Shown: positions 39,275-49,258, counted from the first letter of the stretch. The stretch is DNA of 64,000 bases from an uncultured Gemmatimonadales bacterium (GCA_963821525.1 CAWGED010000004.1:224001-288000), one strand, 5' to 3'. The notes: a model not told the origin generated them from the letters alone. Numbers and translations: made by a program.

Positions 39275-40105
39275 ATGCCGGACCTCTCCGCCCAACTCCT
39301 CCTGAATACCAGGGCCGTCACCATCCGGGACGTCATTTGCCGGGGTGAACATCGGTCCAAGAGCAGCGAAGAGTGGTCGAGCACCACCCATGTGGTGTTC
39401 CCCTATCGCGGGGTCTACGTGTACCACGTCGGGCCGGACGACGCCGTCGCCGAAGCCAATCAGGTTGTGCTGTTCAATGCGATGGAGAGCTACCGCGTGA
39501 GCCACCCCGTCGAGGGTGGCGACGCCTGCTTGTCCGTCACCGTCGGCCCGGAGCTGCTCGGCGAGCTGGCGCCGAGGCACCAACTGCGCGAGGGCGACCC
39601 GCCAGCGTTTCGCCGGCTACACCTTCGCATCGACCCGCGCGCCCAGGTCCTGGTGGCGCTGCTGCGGCACGGTTTGACCCGTCATGCTGCCGAGCCGCTG
39701 GAAGCGGAAACCCTCGCCTTTACCCTCATGCGGCGCGCTTTGGGCGCGCGCACCTCGCACGTCATGCGGGGAAGCTTTGGCCGCCAGAAACTGGTGGATC
39801 GCACCAAACTGGTCCTGACCTCGGACGTGGCCCGGCGATGGACCCTGGCGGAGATCGCCGCAGAGGTCGGCGTCTCACCGGTGTACCTCACTCAGGTGTT
39901 CGCACAGGTCGAAGCCGTCCCGCTTTACCGGTATCACTTACGGTTACGGCTGGCTCGGGCGCTGGACCTGCTGGGCCAGTACGACAATCTCACCGCACTG
40001 AGTATCGACCTCGGCTTCTCCAGTCACAGCCATTTCACCTCGGCCTTCCGGCAGGCCTACGGGCGCACTCCCGCCGAATTCCAGCAATCGGCGCACCTGC
40101 GCTGA
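39275..40105 (+). CDS. AraC-family transcriptional regulator
   Basis: Cupin-like N-terminus; WTLAEIAAEVGVSPVYLTQVF, LGFSSHSHFTSAFRQAYGRTP. Confidence 0.92.
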   Translation: MPDLSAQLLLNTRAVTIRDVICRGEHRSKSSEEWSSTTHVVFPYRGVYVYHVGPDDAVAEANQVVLFNAMESYRVSHPVEGGDACLSVTVGPELLGELAPRHQLREGDPPAFRRLHLRIDPRAQVLVALLRHGLTRHAAEPLEAETLAFTLMRRALGARTSHVMRGSFGRQKLVDRTKLVLTSDVARRWTLAEIAAEVGVSPVYLTQVFAQVEAVPLYRYHLRLRLARALDLLGQYDNLTALSIDLGFSSHSHFTSAFRQAYGRTPAEFQQSAHLR

Positions 40106-40371
40106 CCTATCCCCTTTGTTTTTCAAGGCTGACGACCTAACTGCCCACCGCGGACGACCTGAAACGCGGAACACGCGGAATTTTCAAGAGGTGGAATAAC
40201 AAAACACCCTCGCGTGATCAGGTGCACCGCGGAATTCTGGGTCGTGCGGGCACTTTCAACCCGCTAGCGACAGCGGATCCAGATCGCTAAAGATTTTGAT
40301 AGCCCGGTTCGTGGCAAATTGTTTCTTTGATCTTCGGCCGAATGGTCGGCCCCAACATGGAGATCAAAGAG

Positions 40372-40521
40372 ATGACCACGAAGACCTGCGCCGCTTGCGA
40401 TTGCGAGCTGGACGCCAACGCCATCAAGGTAAAGATCGGCGGAAACATCGTCGAAGTGTGCTGCGAGGAATGCGCCCAATCGCTGCGGGAAGCGCACGCC
40501 GCAGCGAGCCGTGGGAATTAG
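40372..40521 (+). CDS. Small Cys-rich metal-binding protein (TRASH-like)
   Basis: CAACDC...VEVCCEECA; GGAG RBS. Confidence 0.78.
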   Translation: MTTKTCAACDCELDANAIKVKIGGNIVEVCCEECAQSLREAHAAASRGN

Positions 40522-40570
40522 GCACGAGACTCGTTCAATCAACATGCCGTTCGTGAGGGAGGCCTGAATC

Positions 40571-40876
40571 GTGTCCGTCTACTACATCGGGATGTACGAC
40601 ATCGACGACCCGGAGCAATTCCAGGGATATCCTCCGCGGGTCTTGGCGTTGCTTCCCAAGTACGGGGGACAGATCCTCGCCTCGGATACGTCGCCCTATG
40701 TCATAGAAGGAAAGGCGCGAAGGATGAACGCGATCATCCGGTTTCCCTCACGAGAGGCGGCGCTCGGACTCTACAACGATCCCGACTACCAGGAAGCCAA
40801 GCGGATGCGCCACGAGTCCACCAGCAACATCACCATGGTGCTCGTGGAGGAGTTTGCGTTGCCTGAGGGCCGATGA
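40571..40876 (+). CDS. DUF1330 domain protein
   Basis: KYGGQIL, IEG, IIRFPSREAALGLYNDPDYQ. Confidence 0.85.
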   Translation: MSVYYIGMYDIDDPEQFQGYPPRVLALLPKYGGQILASDTSPYVIEGKARRMNAIIRFPSREAALGLYNDPDYQEAKRMRHESTSNITMVLVEEFALPEGR

Positions 40877-40966
40877 AACCTACTGAATTCGCCTTGTACA
40901 GGATTGCACCGTTCCGTTTGAAAGTACCGGCTGGTATGTTCCTACCTTCGTCAGTTCTCGCTTCAG

Positions 40967-41332
40967 GTGGTTCAGCCCGTGCCTCTCCGCTCGCACTGTT
41001 CAAAATCGGCCGCCGCTGCCCTGTGGGTCTGCCTCCTGGGGTTTGGATCTCCCCTTCGAGCCCAGATCGGCGATGTGCTCACGGTTCTTCCCAACAGCGC
41101 CGCCCACCGAGCGTCCGTCAGGTCCACGCCCGCCTCGGCGCCGCTAAGACAAAACAGCGTGCTGTCTCCCGCGTCTAGCTTGCGGCTCCCTGGATGGGCG
41201 GTCATTGCCCCGGACGCTCGCGCAGTGTGGCAAGGCCGTCTGGAGCAGTCGATCGACGACCGCCTCACCGTCTTCGGGGGCTATGCTCGCCGAGGTTCTC
41301 ACGGATTCGTCGGTCTCCGACTGCTGTTTTGA
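40967..41332 (+). CDS. Hypothetical exported protein or remnant
   Basis: Signal-like segment and a beta-strand-like C-terminus (FVGLRLLF); weak support. Confidence 0.35.
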   Translation: MVQPVPLRSHCSKSAAAALWVCLLGFGSPLRAQIGDVLTVLPNSAAHRASVRSTPASAPLRQNSVLSPASSLRLPGWAVIAPDARAVWQGRLEQSIDDRLTVFGGYARRGSHGFVGLRLLF

Positions 41333-41485
41333 GGCCGGCCTCCTTCACAACTGGACCAAATCCGTGAGTGAATGGAAACCCACAAGGTGAATTAAACGCT
41401 CGCATTCCTGCCGAAACTACCCACCATTCCGCTCCCCAGAATTAGTCCAGCATTTCTTCTGAGCCTGCCTTCATCCAGCAGGCTC

Positions 41486-41971
41486 CTACTCAGGCATGTG
41501 TCCCGCCGCGTGATGGTCCATGCGCTGGAAGGCAAGGAATTGGTGAATCGCCGCTATCGCGACGGAATCTTGGCTGACGATTCTCAACTCCCCGCCCCTG
41601 GGACGATCCACCGCCGTATAAAGGATTGCCTCCCGTCGAGCGGCCATCACGTCGGTCCCCGGCACCTCGCGGTCGTGGACCACACCCGGTAGCGCAAAGT
41701 CTCCCGACGCAAAGCGACGTGCGATGTCCCGCATGTGCGCTCGAATCGTAGCAATCCCCACCGAATCGCCGGCGTCGTCCCGCTCCAGCACCACTCGGCC
41801 ACCATCCGGCAGGTCTTCGAATACGTGTTGTGAGGTGTACTGATCGACTCCCATGACAGCCTGACCTCTCGCCTGCACGCCGGCGAATCCGGTGTCCGTG
41901 GAAGAGGCTCTGGCGTCATCCGCTTTGTCTGGCTTCGCCCGGCAAGCCGGAATTGTGAAGCAGATCACCAT
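41486..41971 (-). CDS. Hypothetical lipoprotein with His-rich C-terminus (start uncertain)
   Basis: IPAC lipobox-like; MGVDQYTSQHVFEDLPDGG, AIHQFLAFQRMDHHAAGH. Confidence 0.7.
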   Translation of the reverse strand: MVICFTIPACRAKPDKADDARASSTDTGFAGVQARGQAVMGVDQYTSQHVFEDLPDGGRVVLERDDAGDSVGIATIRAHMRDIARRFASGDFALPGVVHDREVPGTDVMAARREAILYTAVDRPRGGELRIVSQDSVAIAAIHQFLAFQRMDHHAAGHMPE

Positions 41972-42067
41972 GAGAGTCAGGGATAGTCGCTTAACGCGGA
42001 GACGGGCGGCACGGTCTACCCTCCGAATCACTTCGCCGATCCCTCGACTCTGACTGGAGCTAACCAT

Positions 42068-42973
42068 ATGGCCAGACACGGCTTCCTCCTCGCGGCCGGA
42101 GCCGCGCTGCTCACGGCGGGCCTGTTCGCGTGCAGTGACGGCAGCAGCCCGGATTCAACCTCGGACGAATTGACTGCTGCACAAGCGGATTCGCTGGCCG
42201 AGGTGATCACCCAGGATGCGGACGAGCTGGTGGCCGCCTCAGAATTCAATGCTACGTCTGCGGTAGTCCTGAGACACCACGTCAGGATCATCCCGCACTT
42301 CTTTCCGGGCCCGCCTCCGTGTGATCCAGCTATCAGCCCAGACCCTCTCATCAACAGTGACAACGATGCGATTCCCGACTCGGCCCGGTTCGACTTCACC
42401 GGATGCAGCTTCACTCGGGGGCCCTTCGACGTCTCGGTGGGCGGGACTATCGATCTGATAGATCCGAGCCCCACGGTGCCGGAGTTTGCGGTTCGTCTCG
42501 TTTTCAATGACTTCGGCCGGACCTGGACCAATACCCAGACGAACCGGACCCGTTCGGTGATTCACAACGGCAGCCGACAGATTAGCGCCAATGCGGATGA
42601 GCTGAATCACTCGATCAATAATTTCTTGACCGAATACACCTTCGCCAGCGGAGCAACGGCCACCCACGTTCGCAACTGGACCGGACACTTCGATGCCGAG
42701 GTGCCGGGATCGATTGCGTTGGAGTCGCCGCTACCGAGTGGTGACTGGTCCTTTGCCGGCTCGTCTACCTGGACCAAGGGCGCTCGGACCTGGGGTGTGC
42801 AGACCACGACGACCACCGCGCTCCATTATGACCCTGCCTGCAGCGTGGCTCCCCGGTTCACGTCCGGGCAACTCATGCTGACCGTGACCAGGAACGGCCA
42901 CATCGTCAATGTCACAATCGATTTCACCGGCTGCGGCCAGTACAGCGTGACGCGCACCATTCCTACCGCCTGA
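42068..42973 (+). CDS. Hypothetical lipoprotein
   Basis: GLFAC lipobox, GGAG RBS, beta-rich with paired Cys. Confidence 0.8.
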   Translation: MARHGFLLAAGAALLTAGLFACSDGSSPDSTSDELTAAQADSLAEVITQDADELVAASEFNATSAVVLRHHVRIIPHFFPGPPPCDPAISPDPLINSDNDAIPDSARFDFTGCSFTRGPFDVSVGGTIDLIDPSPTVPEFAVRLVFNDFGRTWTNTQTNRTRSVIHNGSRQISANADELNHSINNFLTEYTFASGATATHVRNWTGHFDAEVPGSIALESPLPSGDWSFAGSSTWTKGARTWGVQTTTTTALHYDPACSVAPRFTSGQLMLTVTRNGHIVNVTIDFTGCGQYSVTRTIPTA

Positions 42974-42990
42974 GTCGGGTCCCCTCTCTC

Positions 42991-43030
42991 CGGGTGGTCG
43001 GTCCTTGGGGCCGGCCACCCGTCTTATTTC
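42991..43030 (+). terminator. Probable intrinsic terminator
   Basis: GGGTGGTCGGTCC-TTG-GGGCCGGCCACCC hairpin followed by GTCTTATTT. Confidence 0.5.
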
Positions 43031-43109
43031 GCGCCACCCCACTCCGCCGCTCTCGGGTTTATATTCCCGCCCCGTTCCAAATGACCCTACCCTGTACCTT
43101 GGAGACAGT

Positions 43110-43811
43110 ATGAGGAAACTGGCTGCATTGGCCGCCTGCGCCGTTCTACTCGGCTGCAACAAGACCGGCGGGAGCACTGGTGGTGGCGCCAGCAGTCTCT
43201 CCAGCACCGAGGACAAGGTCAGCTACATCATCGGCCTTCAGATGGGCAAGAGCCTCAAGGAGCAGAGCATCACCGTCAAGCAGGATCTGCTCATCAAGGG
43301 CTTCAACGATGGCCAGGCGGGCGGGAAGGCCCTGATGACCGACGACGAGATCCGCACCACCATGATGGCTTTCCAGCAGCAGATGATGCAGGCTCAGCAC
43401 GCCAAAGACTCGGCGTCCTCGCTGACGAATGAGAAGGAAGGGAGCGACTTCCTGGCGAGCAACAAGTCCAAGGACGGGGTAAAGACCACTGCGAGCGGAC
43501 TGCAGTACAAGGTGATCAAGGAGGGAACTGGTCCTCATCCCGCGAAGACCAGTGTCGTGACCGTGCACTACAAGGGCACCCTGCTCAACGGGGATGAGTT
43601 CGACAGCTCCTATTCGCGCAACGAGCCAGCGACCTTCCCGCTCAATCAGGTCATCCCGGGCTGGACAGAGGGACTGCAGCTGATGACCGCGGGATCCAAG
43701 TACCAGTTCTGGGTTCCGGCGGCTCTGGCCTACGGTGAGGGCGGCTCACCGCCCAAGATCGGGCCGAACGCGACGCTGATGTTCGAGGTGGAGCTGCTGT
43801 CCTTTAAGTGA
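43110..43811 (+). CDS. FKBP-type peptidyl-prolyl isomerase (FkpA/Mip-like lipoprotein)
   Basis: LLGC lipobox; KVSYIIG, TASGLQYKV, VHYKGTL, FDSSY, VIPGWTEGL, LAYG, FEVELL. Confidence 0.95.
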   Translation: MRKLAALAACAVLLGCNKTGGSTGGGASSLSSTEDKVSYIIGLQMGKSLKEQSITVKQDLLIKGFNDGQAGGKALMTDDEIRTTMMAFQQQMMQAQHAKDSASSLTNEKEGSDFLASNKSKDGVKTTASGLQYKVIKEGTGPHPAKTSVVTVHYKGTLLNGDEFDSSYSRNEPATFPLNQVIPGWTEGLQLMTAGSKYQFWVPAALAYGEGGSPPKIGPNATLMFEVELLSFK

Positions 43812-43819
43812 CGAGTAAG

Positions 43820-43882
43820 AGGACTGGGGACTGAGGACTGAGTGTGAGAGAGCAGAAGACTCAGTCCTCAGTCCTCAGTCCT
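43820..43882. repeat. Inverted heptamer-tandem element (AGGACTG x3 / CAGTCCT x3)
   Basis: Arms 43820-43843 and 43859-43882 between convergent genes. Confidence 0.88.
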
Positions 43883-43903
43883 TTGTACTCATTACTGGCG
43901 CGA

Positions 43904-44965
43904 CTAGCGCTCAAACTCCACCCTCATAATCCTCCCCTCCGGTCCGACCAGCCACCCCGCCCGCGTGCTGGCAAACCCGGCACTCCAGTAACTCAGCGTA
44001 TCAATGCGGTAGCCAGCTTTGCCCATCGTCCTGGGAGTAGCTTGCCCCGCGCGGGCCCACGGCGACGAGAAGCGGGCCGCCCGCAACGTAAAAGGCGCCG
44101 TAGATCGGCCCCGCGAAGGTAGGCGGATTGCTGCGGAACCAGCTGACCCCGCCGTCGGCGGTGAAGGCCATGTTGTCCCGCGAGGAATCAGGTGCTGCGA
44201 TATCGCCGCCGGCCGCTATGCCGTGCAGCCGGTCCCTGAACGCCAGAGTTGCTATTCCGGTAGTCTGGGTTCCATCAATCACTGGCGTCTCGTGGCTGGT
44301 CCAGTTCTTCCCCCCATCGCTGGTCACCAGCACCCGCGCCTGCTCCCCCGCGGCAGTCCCAATCCACGCATCTCGTTCGCCGACGGTAATCAGGCATGTC
44401 CCGCTCGCCGCAAAGCCGCCCTCACCCGGGGACGCGGGCGGCACCCGCTCGGGAGGAACCCGGGACCAGGAGGATCCGCCATCTGTTGTCGTCAGAATCT
44501 GCAGTTGGCCCTGAACCGCGTCGCCAACCACCAGACCGCGCCTGGCGTCCCAGAATCCGAAACAGTCGTAGAACCCCTTGGGGTCCTGGTTGGTGAACTG
44601 GAGCAGCCAGCGGCGTCCTCCGTCGATCGTTTTGTAGATCCGGGAGCGATCGCCGAGGCCCGCGCTGAGCAGCCAGGCTGTCTCTGTCGTCCACCGCGTA
44701 CACGTCGCGGAATTCGAGAGAATCCGCCCCGTTGACCTGGCCTGCCGATCCAGGTGATGCCGCCGTCGGTGGTCCGGACATAGGTGCCGCCGGCCCCGCT
44801 GGCCCAAACCACCTTGTCGTCCACGACACTGACGGCCTGAAGCCGGAACCGGGTCCCGCTTTGCTGGGGTATGAGGTAGGGGGCATAGGTCCGGGGCGCC
44901 GTCCGTCCCGGGTTCCCACGGCAGGCGGCCAGGAGAACCAGAAGCATCAGGAGTTGTGATCGCAT
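43904..44965 (-). CDS. BNR/Asp-box (YCF48-like) beta-propeller lipoprotein (several frameshifts)
   Basis: LLAAC lipobox; repeated T/SxDGGxxW Asp-boxes; GEGGFAASGTCL. Confidence 0.82.
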
Positions 44966-45005
44966 GCCCCAACTTGCGCGCTGGGACTGGACGCCGCTAC
45001 TTGTA

Positions 45006-45036
45006 TTACGCACTATGCGTAACCCGTATTGCGTAA
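45006..45036. promoter_or_regulatory. Operator-like palindrome upstream of the ATPase
   Basis: TTACGCA-CTA-TGCGTAA plus an extra TGCGTAA half-site at 45030-45036 in an AT-rich spacer. Confidence 0.55.
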
Positions 45037-45060
45037 CGTTTTCCACTCCGGACTGAGTCC

Positions 45061-46242
45061 ATGGCCAAGGCCCTTCCCTCCGCCCCTCGCAATCCCTTCG
45101 AGTTCGGCCGCGAGCTGGGCGCCAATGAACTGGTGGACCGGGAGGCGGAGCTCGAAGCCATCTCCCGGGTCATCAGCAATCGAGGGAAGCTCTTTTTCAT
45201 CGGGCCGCGGCGTTTTGGGAAGACCTCGATCCTCAATGCCACTGAAGAACGGCTGGCGCAATCGGGCATAGCTGTCCTGCGCTACGATGCCGAGGCGTAC
45301 GAGAGCCTGGGCCGTCTGGCGCAGGCCCTGTTGAGCGGAGCTGCCCGGCACCTCGCCGGCTCGCTCGATCGTGCCGGGGAAACGACGCGGAAATTCTTCG
45401 CCAAGCTGCGGCCCAATGTCACCTATGACCTCGCCGACCATCGCCTGTCAGTATCGATTGGCGTATCGCCCGAACGGGGAAAGACGGAGCTGCCGCTGCT
45501 TACCGACGTGCTCGACGGCATCGAGCAACTGGCGGCAAAGGAACGACGGCCGGTGGCGGTGGTGCTCGACGAGTTCCAGCAGGTGATTCGCGAAGGCGGC
45601 GAGGAGGCCGAGCGCCAGCTCCGGGCCACGATCCAGCGCCATCGCCACGTGGCATACGTGTTCGCCGGCTCGAAGACCCGGTTGCTGGCCGACATAACGA
45701 GCGATCCTGGCCGCGCCTTCTGGAAGCTGGGCCAGCGGCTCTTTCTCGGCCCCATCCCTCGCGAAGCCTTTCGCCCCTTCCTCGAGCGGGGATTCTCCTT
45801 TGCCGGATTCACCTCTACTCCGGAAGGGGTCGAACGAATTCTGGATCTCTCGGAAGACGTGCCCTACAACGTGCAGCGCCTCGCCAGCGCCTGCTGGGAG
45901 GAGTTGCGCGTCTCAACCGACCACACCCTTACCGCCGGGCAGGTTGACCCGGCCCTCCGTACCGTCGTGCAGGGTGAGAATCCGGCCTACATGCAGGTGT
46001 GGCAGAGCCTGACCCAGGTGCAGAAGAAAGCGCTCAAGGCGGTGATCGAGGAGCAGGGACGCGAGTTACTGGCCCGAGCCGTCCTGCAGCGTCACGGGCT
46101 GGCCGCCTCCTCATTGCAGCGCGCGCTCCGTTCGCTCGACACGCTTGGCCTTATTCGGGAGGACGAATCGCCCGAGGGGGTGAGGTATCGGCTGGAGGAT
46201 CCGTTCCTTGCGGCGTGGCTTGCGATGGCGCAGAGGGACTGA
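45061..46242 (+). CDS. P-loop ATPase (archaeal ATPase/STAND-like) with C-terminal winged HTH
   Basis: NPFEFG, LVDREAE, GPRRFGKTS Walker A, VVLDEFQ Walker B, FAGS, PYNVQ, YRLEDPFLAAWL. Confidence 0.88.
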   Translation: MAKALPSAPRNPFEFGRELGANELVDREAELEAISRVISNRGKLFFIGPRRFGKTSILNATEERLAQSGIAVLRYDAEAYESLGRLAQALLSGAARHLAGSLDRAGETTRKFFAKLRPNVTYDLADHRLSVSIGVSPERGKTELPLLTDVLDGIEQLAAKERRPVAVVLDEFQQVIREGGEEAERQLRATIQRHRHVAYVFAGSKTRLLADITSDPGRAFWKLGQRLFLGPIPREAFRPFLERGFSFAGFTSTPEGVERILDLSEDVPYNVQRLASACWEELRVSTDHTLTAGQVDPALRTVVQGENPAYMQVWQSLTQVQKKALKAVIEEQGRELLARAVLQRHGLAASSLQRALRSLDTLGLIREDESPEGVRYRLEDPFLAAWLAMAQRD

Positions 46243-46246
46243 GGGA

Positions 46247-46275
46247 ATTGAAGATTGCAGATTGAAGATTGATTG
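46247..46275. repeat. Heptamer tandem repeat (ATTGAAG/ATTGCAG), single arm
   Basis: ATTGAAG ATTGCAG ATTGAAG ATTG; same unit family at 54255-54277 and 57963-58032. Confidence 0.75.
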
Positions 46276-46337
46276 GGGGGTTAGTATACTCTGACAGTTT
46301 CCCTGTACTTCCTGTGATGCGCATACGAGGCGCTGTA

Positions 46338-47309
46338 ATGGCTGACGAGACGAAGCCCGCAAAAAAGAAAGCAACCCGACGGAAGAAGATTGCCGCCCCC
46401 CGTGGACTGGCGGCCCCTGAAGTCGTCGGTGGATCGGCTGAGGCCATTGACGAACTGGCTGCTGGGGTCGTGGCGGACGGTGGCGCCGTAGTCGGCTCTT
46501 ATCGCGAGCCACTGGGAGGCATGTGGCAGCTGGTGGCGGCACTGCCCATCGAGAAGGTCTCGGCCACTCCTTACCAGCGTGATCTGTCTCCGGCCCACGT
46601 CACCCGTTTGTCCCAGGCCATCGACAAGCTGGGCCGCTTCATGGATCCGATCGTCGCGGTTCGCACGCCCGATGGCCTCTACTGGACGCCGAATGGCCAT
46701 CATCGGCTTGCCGCGATGCGCGTGTTGGGTGCCCGGTCGATCATGGCACTGGTGGTCCCGGAAGCGGAGGTTGCCCACCGCATCCTCGTTCTCAATACCG
46801 AGAAGGCCCACAACGTCCGGGAGCGCGCCTTCGAGGTGATTCGTCTGGCGGAGGATCTGGCCCAGCTCGATGACGGCCTCGAGAGCAGCTACGAGACCGA
46901 GTTCGAGGAGCCGTCTCTGCTGACGCTGGGCTGCTGCTACCAGGTCAACGGTCGCTTTTCGGGTGGCGCCTACCAGCCGGTGCTCAAGCGGGTCGAGAGT
47001 TTCATGGCTCTCAAGCTTTCCCGTGCTCTCGAAGTGCGGCGGGAACGGGCCACTCAACTGCTGGAGCTCGATGCCGCGGTGGCCGAGGCGGTTGCAGCGC
47101 TCAAGAAGCGAGGCTTCGAGAGTCCTTACCTCAAGGCGTTCGTCCTGGCGAGAATCAATCCCCTGCGGTGGGACAAATCGGAGAAGAAGCCGCCATTCGA
47201 TGCCACGATCGCCAAGATGCTTGCCGCCGTAGCCAAATTCGATAGCAGCAAGGTCAGAGCTGATCAGGTCGCCCGCAGCGGTGGTCCGCCGGACGACTCC
47301 CAGAGCTAG
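46338..47309 (+). CDS. ParB N-terminal (ParB/Srx) domain protein
   Basis: TPYQRDLS, FMDPIVAV, TPNGHHRLAAM, LNTEKAHN. Confidence 0.8.
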   Translation: MADETKPAKKKATRRKKIAAPRGLAAPEVVGGSAEAIDELAAGVVADGGAVVGSYREPLGGMWQLVAALPIEKVSATPYQRDLSPAHVTRLSQAIDKLGRFMDPIVAVRTPDGLYWTPNGHHRLAAMRVLGARSIMALVVPEAEVAHRILVLNTEKAHNVRERAFEVIRLAEDLAQLDDGLESSYETEFEEPSLLTLGCCYQVNGRFSGGAYQPVLKRVESFMALKLSRALEVRRERATQLLELDAAVAEAVAALKKRGFESPYLKAFVLARINPLRWDKSEKKPPFDATIAKMLAAVAKFDSSKVRADQVARSGGPPDDSQS

Positions 47310-47335
47310 TTTCCTCTCTTCCCCAGGACTTCTTC

Positions 47336-47902
47336 ATGGCCGATCATTGGATCTCGGTTCGTCGCCGGTTCGCGCTGGCTCTCCTGCTGTTTATCCCCGC
47401 GGGCCTCTCCGCCCAGGAACGAATCACGATCGGATTCGGTGGCGGCGCCACGATTCCCGCCGGCACGACGGCGGACAACTTCACGACCGGATGGAACGTT
47501 CTCCTGAACGCGCAGTACACTCGCGCCCGCACTCCGTTCGGCGGCGAAATGTCTTTCGCCTATCATGAAATGGACCTGAAAGGCGGCGCGTTCGGCAAGA
47601 CTAAGATCATCGCGCTTACCACGTCTCTGCTCGTCAGCTTCCCGACCGACCCGCGATCCAAGTCCGCTGTCCGGGTCACCTTCGCTGGCGGAATCGGGGG
47701 GTACTTCCATGAGCTGGAACTGAACGGATCGAGCGACACCAACTATCCCTTCGGAGTGAACGGTGGCGCGGGCATCGACCTCTACATGAACAAGAAGCGG
47801 ACCGCAGCGATTTTTCTGGACGCGCGGTATCACCACATTTTCGCCAGTCAGGACGTCGACATGATCCCGATCACCTTCGGCTTGAAGCTCCGGGCGAAGT
47901 AA
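47336..47902 (+). CDS. Outer-membrane beta-barrel protein
   Basis: Signal peptide, alternating beta strands, FGVNGGAG, FLDARYHH, IPITFGL. Confidence 0.8.
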   Translation: MADHWISVRRRFALALLLFIPAGLSAQERITIGFGGGATIPAGTTADNFTTGWNVLLNAQYTRARTPFGGEMSFAYHEMDLKGGAFGKTKIIALTTSLLVSFPTDPRSKSAVRVTFAGGIGGYFHELELNGSSDTNYPFGVNGGAGIDLYMNKKRTAAIFLDARYHHIFASQDVDMIPITFGLKLRAK

Positions 47903-47914
47903 CCAGCCACCGGT

Positions 47915-48421
47915 ATGGGTCACACTATGGTCGCACTGCGCGCATGCACCGCCCGTCTTTCCTGGCTCATGGTTCTTATGGTATTGGCGCGGCCGCTTGC
48001 GGCGCAGGATTCCTCTGGCAGCGGCGGGGGCGGTGACATCGAGCTCTCCCGAGCCCAGATCCAGGCCGAGCGCCAGGCGATCATCAACCGGGCGATGGAA
48101 CTGACCGATTCGGAGAGTACGGTTTTCTGGCCGCTGTATCGGGAATTCCGCACCAAGATGGCGGCAGTGACCGACCGGCAGGTGGCGGTGATCAAGCAGT
48201 ACGCCGCCACGTACAACTCGATGACCGACGACCAGGCGGACAAGCTGATGTCGAACTACATGGATTTTCAGAAGGACAAGCTGAACCTGGAGAAGGACTA
48301 CGTGAAGAAGTTCAAGAAGATCCTGCCGACCCGGAAAGTCGCCCGGTATTTCCAGCTCGAGCACAAGCTCGACGCGGTCATCGATTACGATCTGGCCAGG
48401 GCCATCCCGCTACTGCAGTAG
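47915..48421 (+). CDS. Exported helical hypothetical protein
   Basis: Signal peptide PLAA/Q; MELTDSESTVFWPLYREF, ARYFQLE. Confidence 0.75.
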   Translation: MGHTMVALRACTARLSWLMVLMVLARPLAAQDSSGSGGGGDIELSRAQIQAERQAIINRAMELTDSESTVFWPLYREFRTKMAAVTDRQVAVIKQYAATYNSMTDDQADKLMSNYMDFQKDKLNLEKDYVKKFKKILPTRKVARYFQLEHKLDAVIDYDLARAIPLLQ

Positions 48422-48430
48422 GAACCGCCT

Positions 48431-49258
48431 TCAGGGCGAGCGCCTGCTCAAGCCGACATAGAGCAGGCGGGCGAAACGCTCGCCGTAACGAGATCCGCCG
48501 AAAGCCTGATCGAATTCTCGAGTCGGTTGAGTAGCGAGGTATTGCTCCACCGACTGGCCCGCCCCGATTGCCGCAAGGGTTCGCTCCCGCATCGTCACCA
48601 GCATCTTCCGGTAGGTCGCGACTTCGCTGCGGTTGGTCACCCAGCCGTGCCCGGGCACGATACGGGTCTTGTCGTCGGCATGGGCCAGGACGAGATCCAC
48701 TCCCCGGATCATTCCGTCCAGCGTCCCGCCGCCCCACCAGTCGAGGAAGGGAGGCGCTCCCAGCTCGACGATATCCCCGGTGTGAATCACGTTCGCATCC
48801 CGGAACCAGATGACGGCGTCGCCGCTGGTGTGGGCCGAATCGGCATGGAGTGCCGTGACATGGCCCTCGAAGGGCAAAGTCAGCGAGTCGTCGAACACGC
48901 TGTCCGGCAGGGCGGCCGGGTCGGCTGCCTCCCGGTGCCATTCCTCCCACTCGGTAATCACTGTGTCCTTCTTCGCTTCGCCGACCAGGAGCCGTTGGGC
49001 GAAGATGCGCGCACCCTGGGCCCGCCAGTGCGGATTGCCCTCGATATGATCGGCGTGATAGTGGGTGTTCACCAGCAGCTGGACTGGCAACTTCGTGACG
49101 GTACGGAGCGCCGAATCAGCCAGCCCAACCCGGCGCCCGCTCTGGCCATCAACCAGCAGCACGCCCTTGGAGCCAACCAGGGCGACGATGTTGCCGTTGG
49201 TGAAGCCGGAGATGACGTAGACGCTCGGCACTACCTGGGCGATCCGCATGGTCATCAC
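48431..49258 (-). CDS. MBL-fold metallo-hydrolase (cyclase-like); signal peptide probably frameshifted upstream
   Basis: GNI, NTHYHADHIEGN, AHTSGD, HTGD, IVPGHG. Confidence 0.88.
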   Translation of the reverse strand: MMTMRIAQVVPSVYVISGFTNGNIVALVGSKGVLLVDGQSGRRVGLADSALRTVTKLPVQLLVNTHYHADHIEGNPHWRAQGARIFAQRLLVGEAKKDTVITEWEEWHREAADPAALPDSVFDDSLTLPFEGHVTALHADSAHTSGDAVIWFRDANVIHTGDIVELGAPPFLDWWGGGTLDGMIRGVDLVLAHADDKTRIVPGHGWVTNRSEVATYRKMLVTMRERTLAAIGAGQSVEQYLATQPTREFDQAFGGSRYGERFARLLYVGLSRRSP

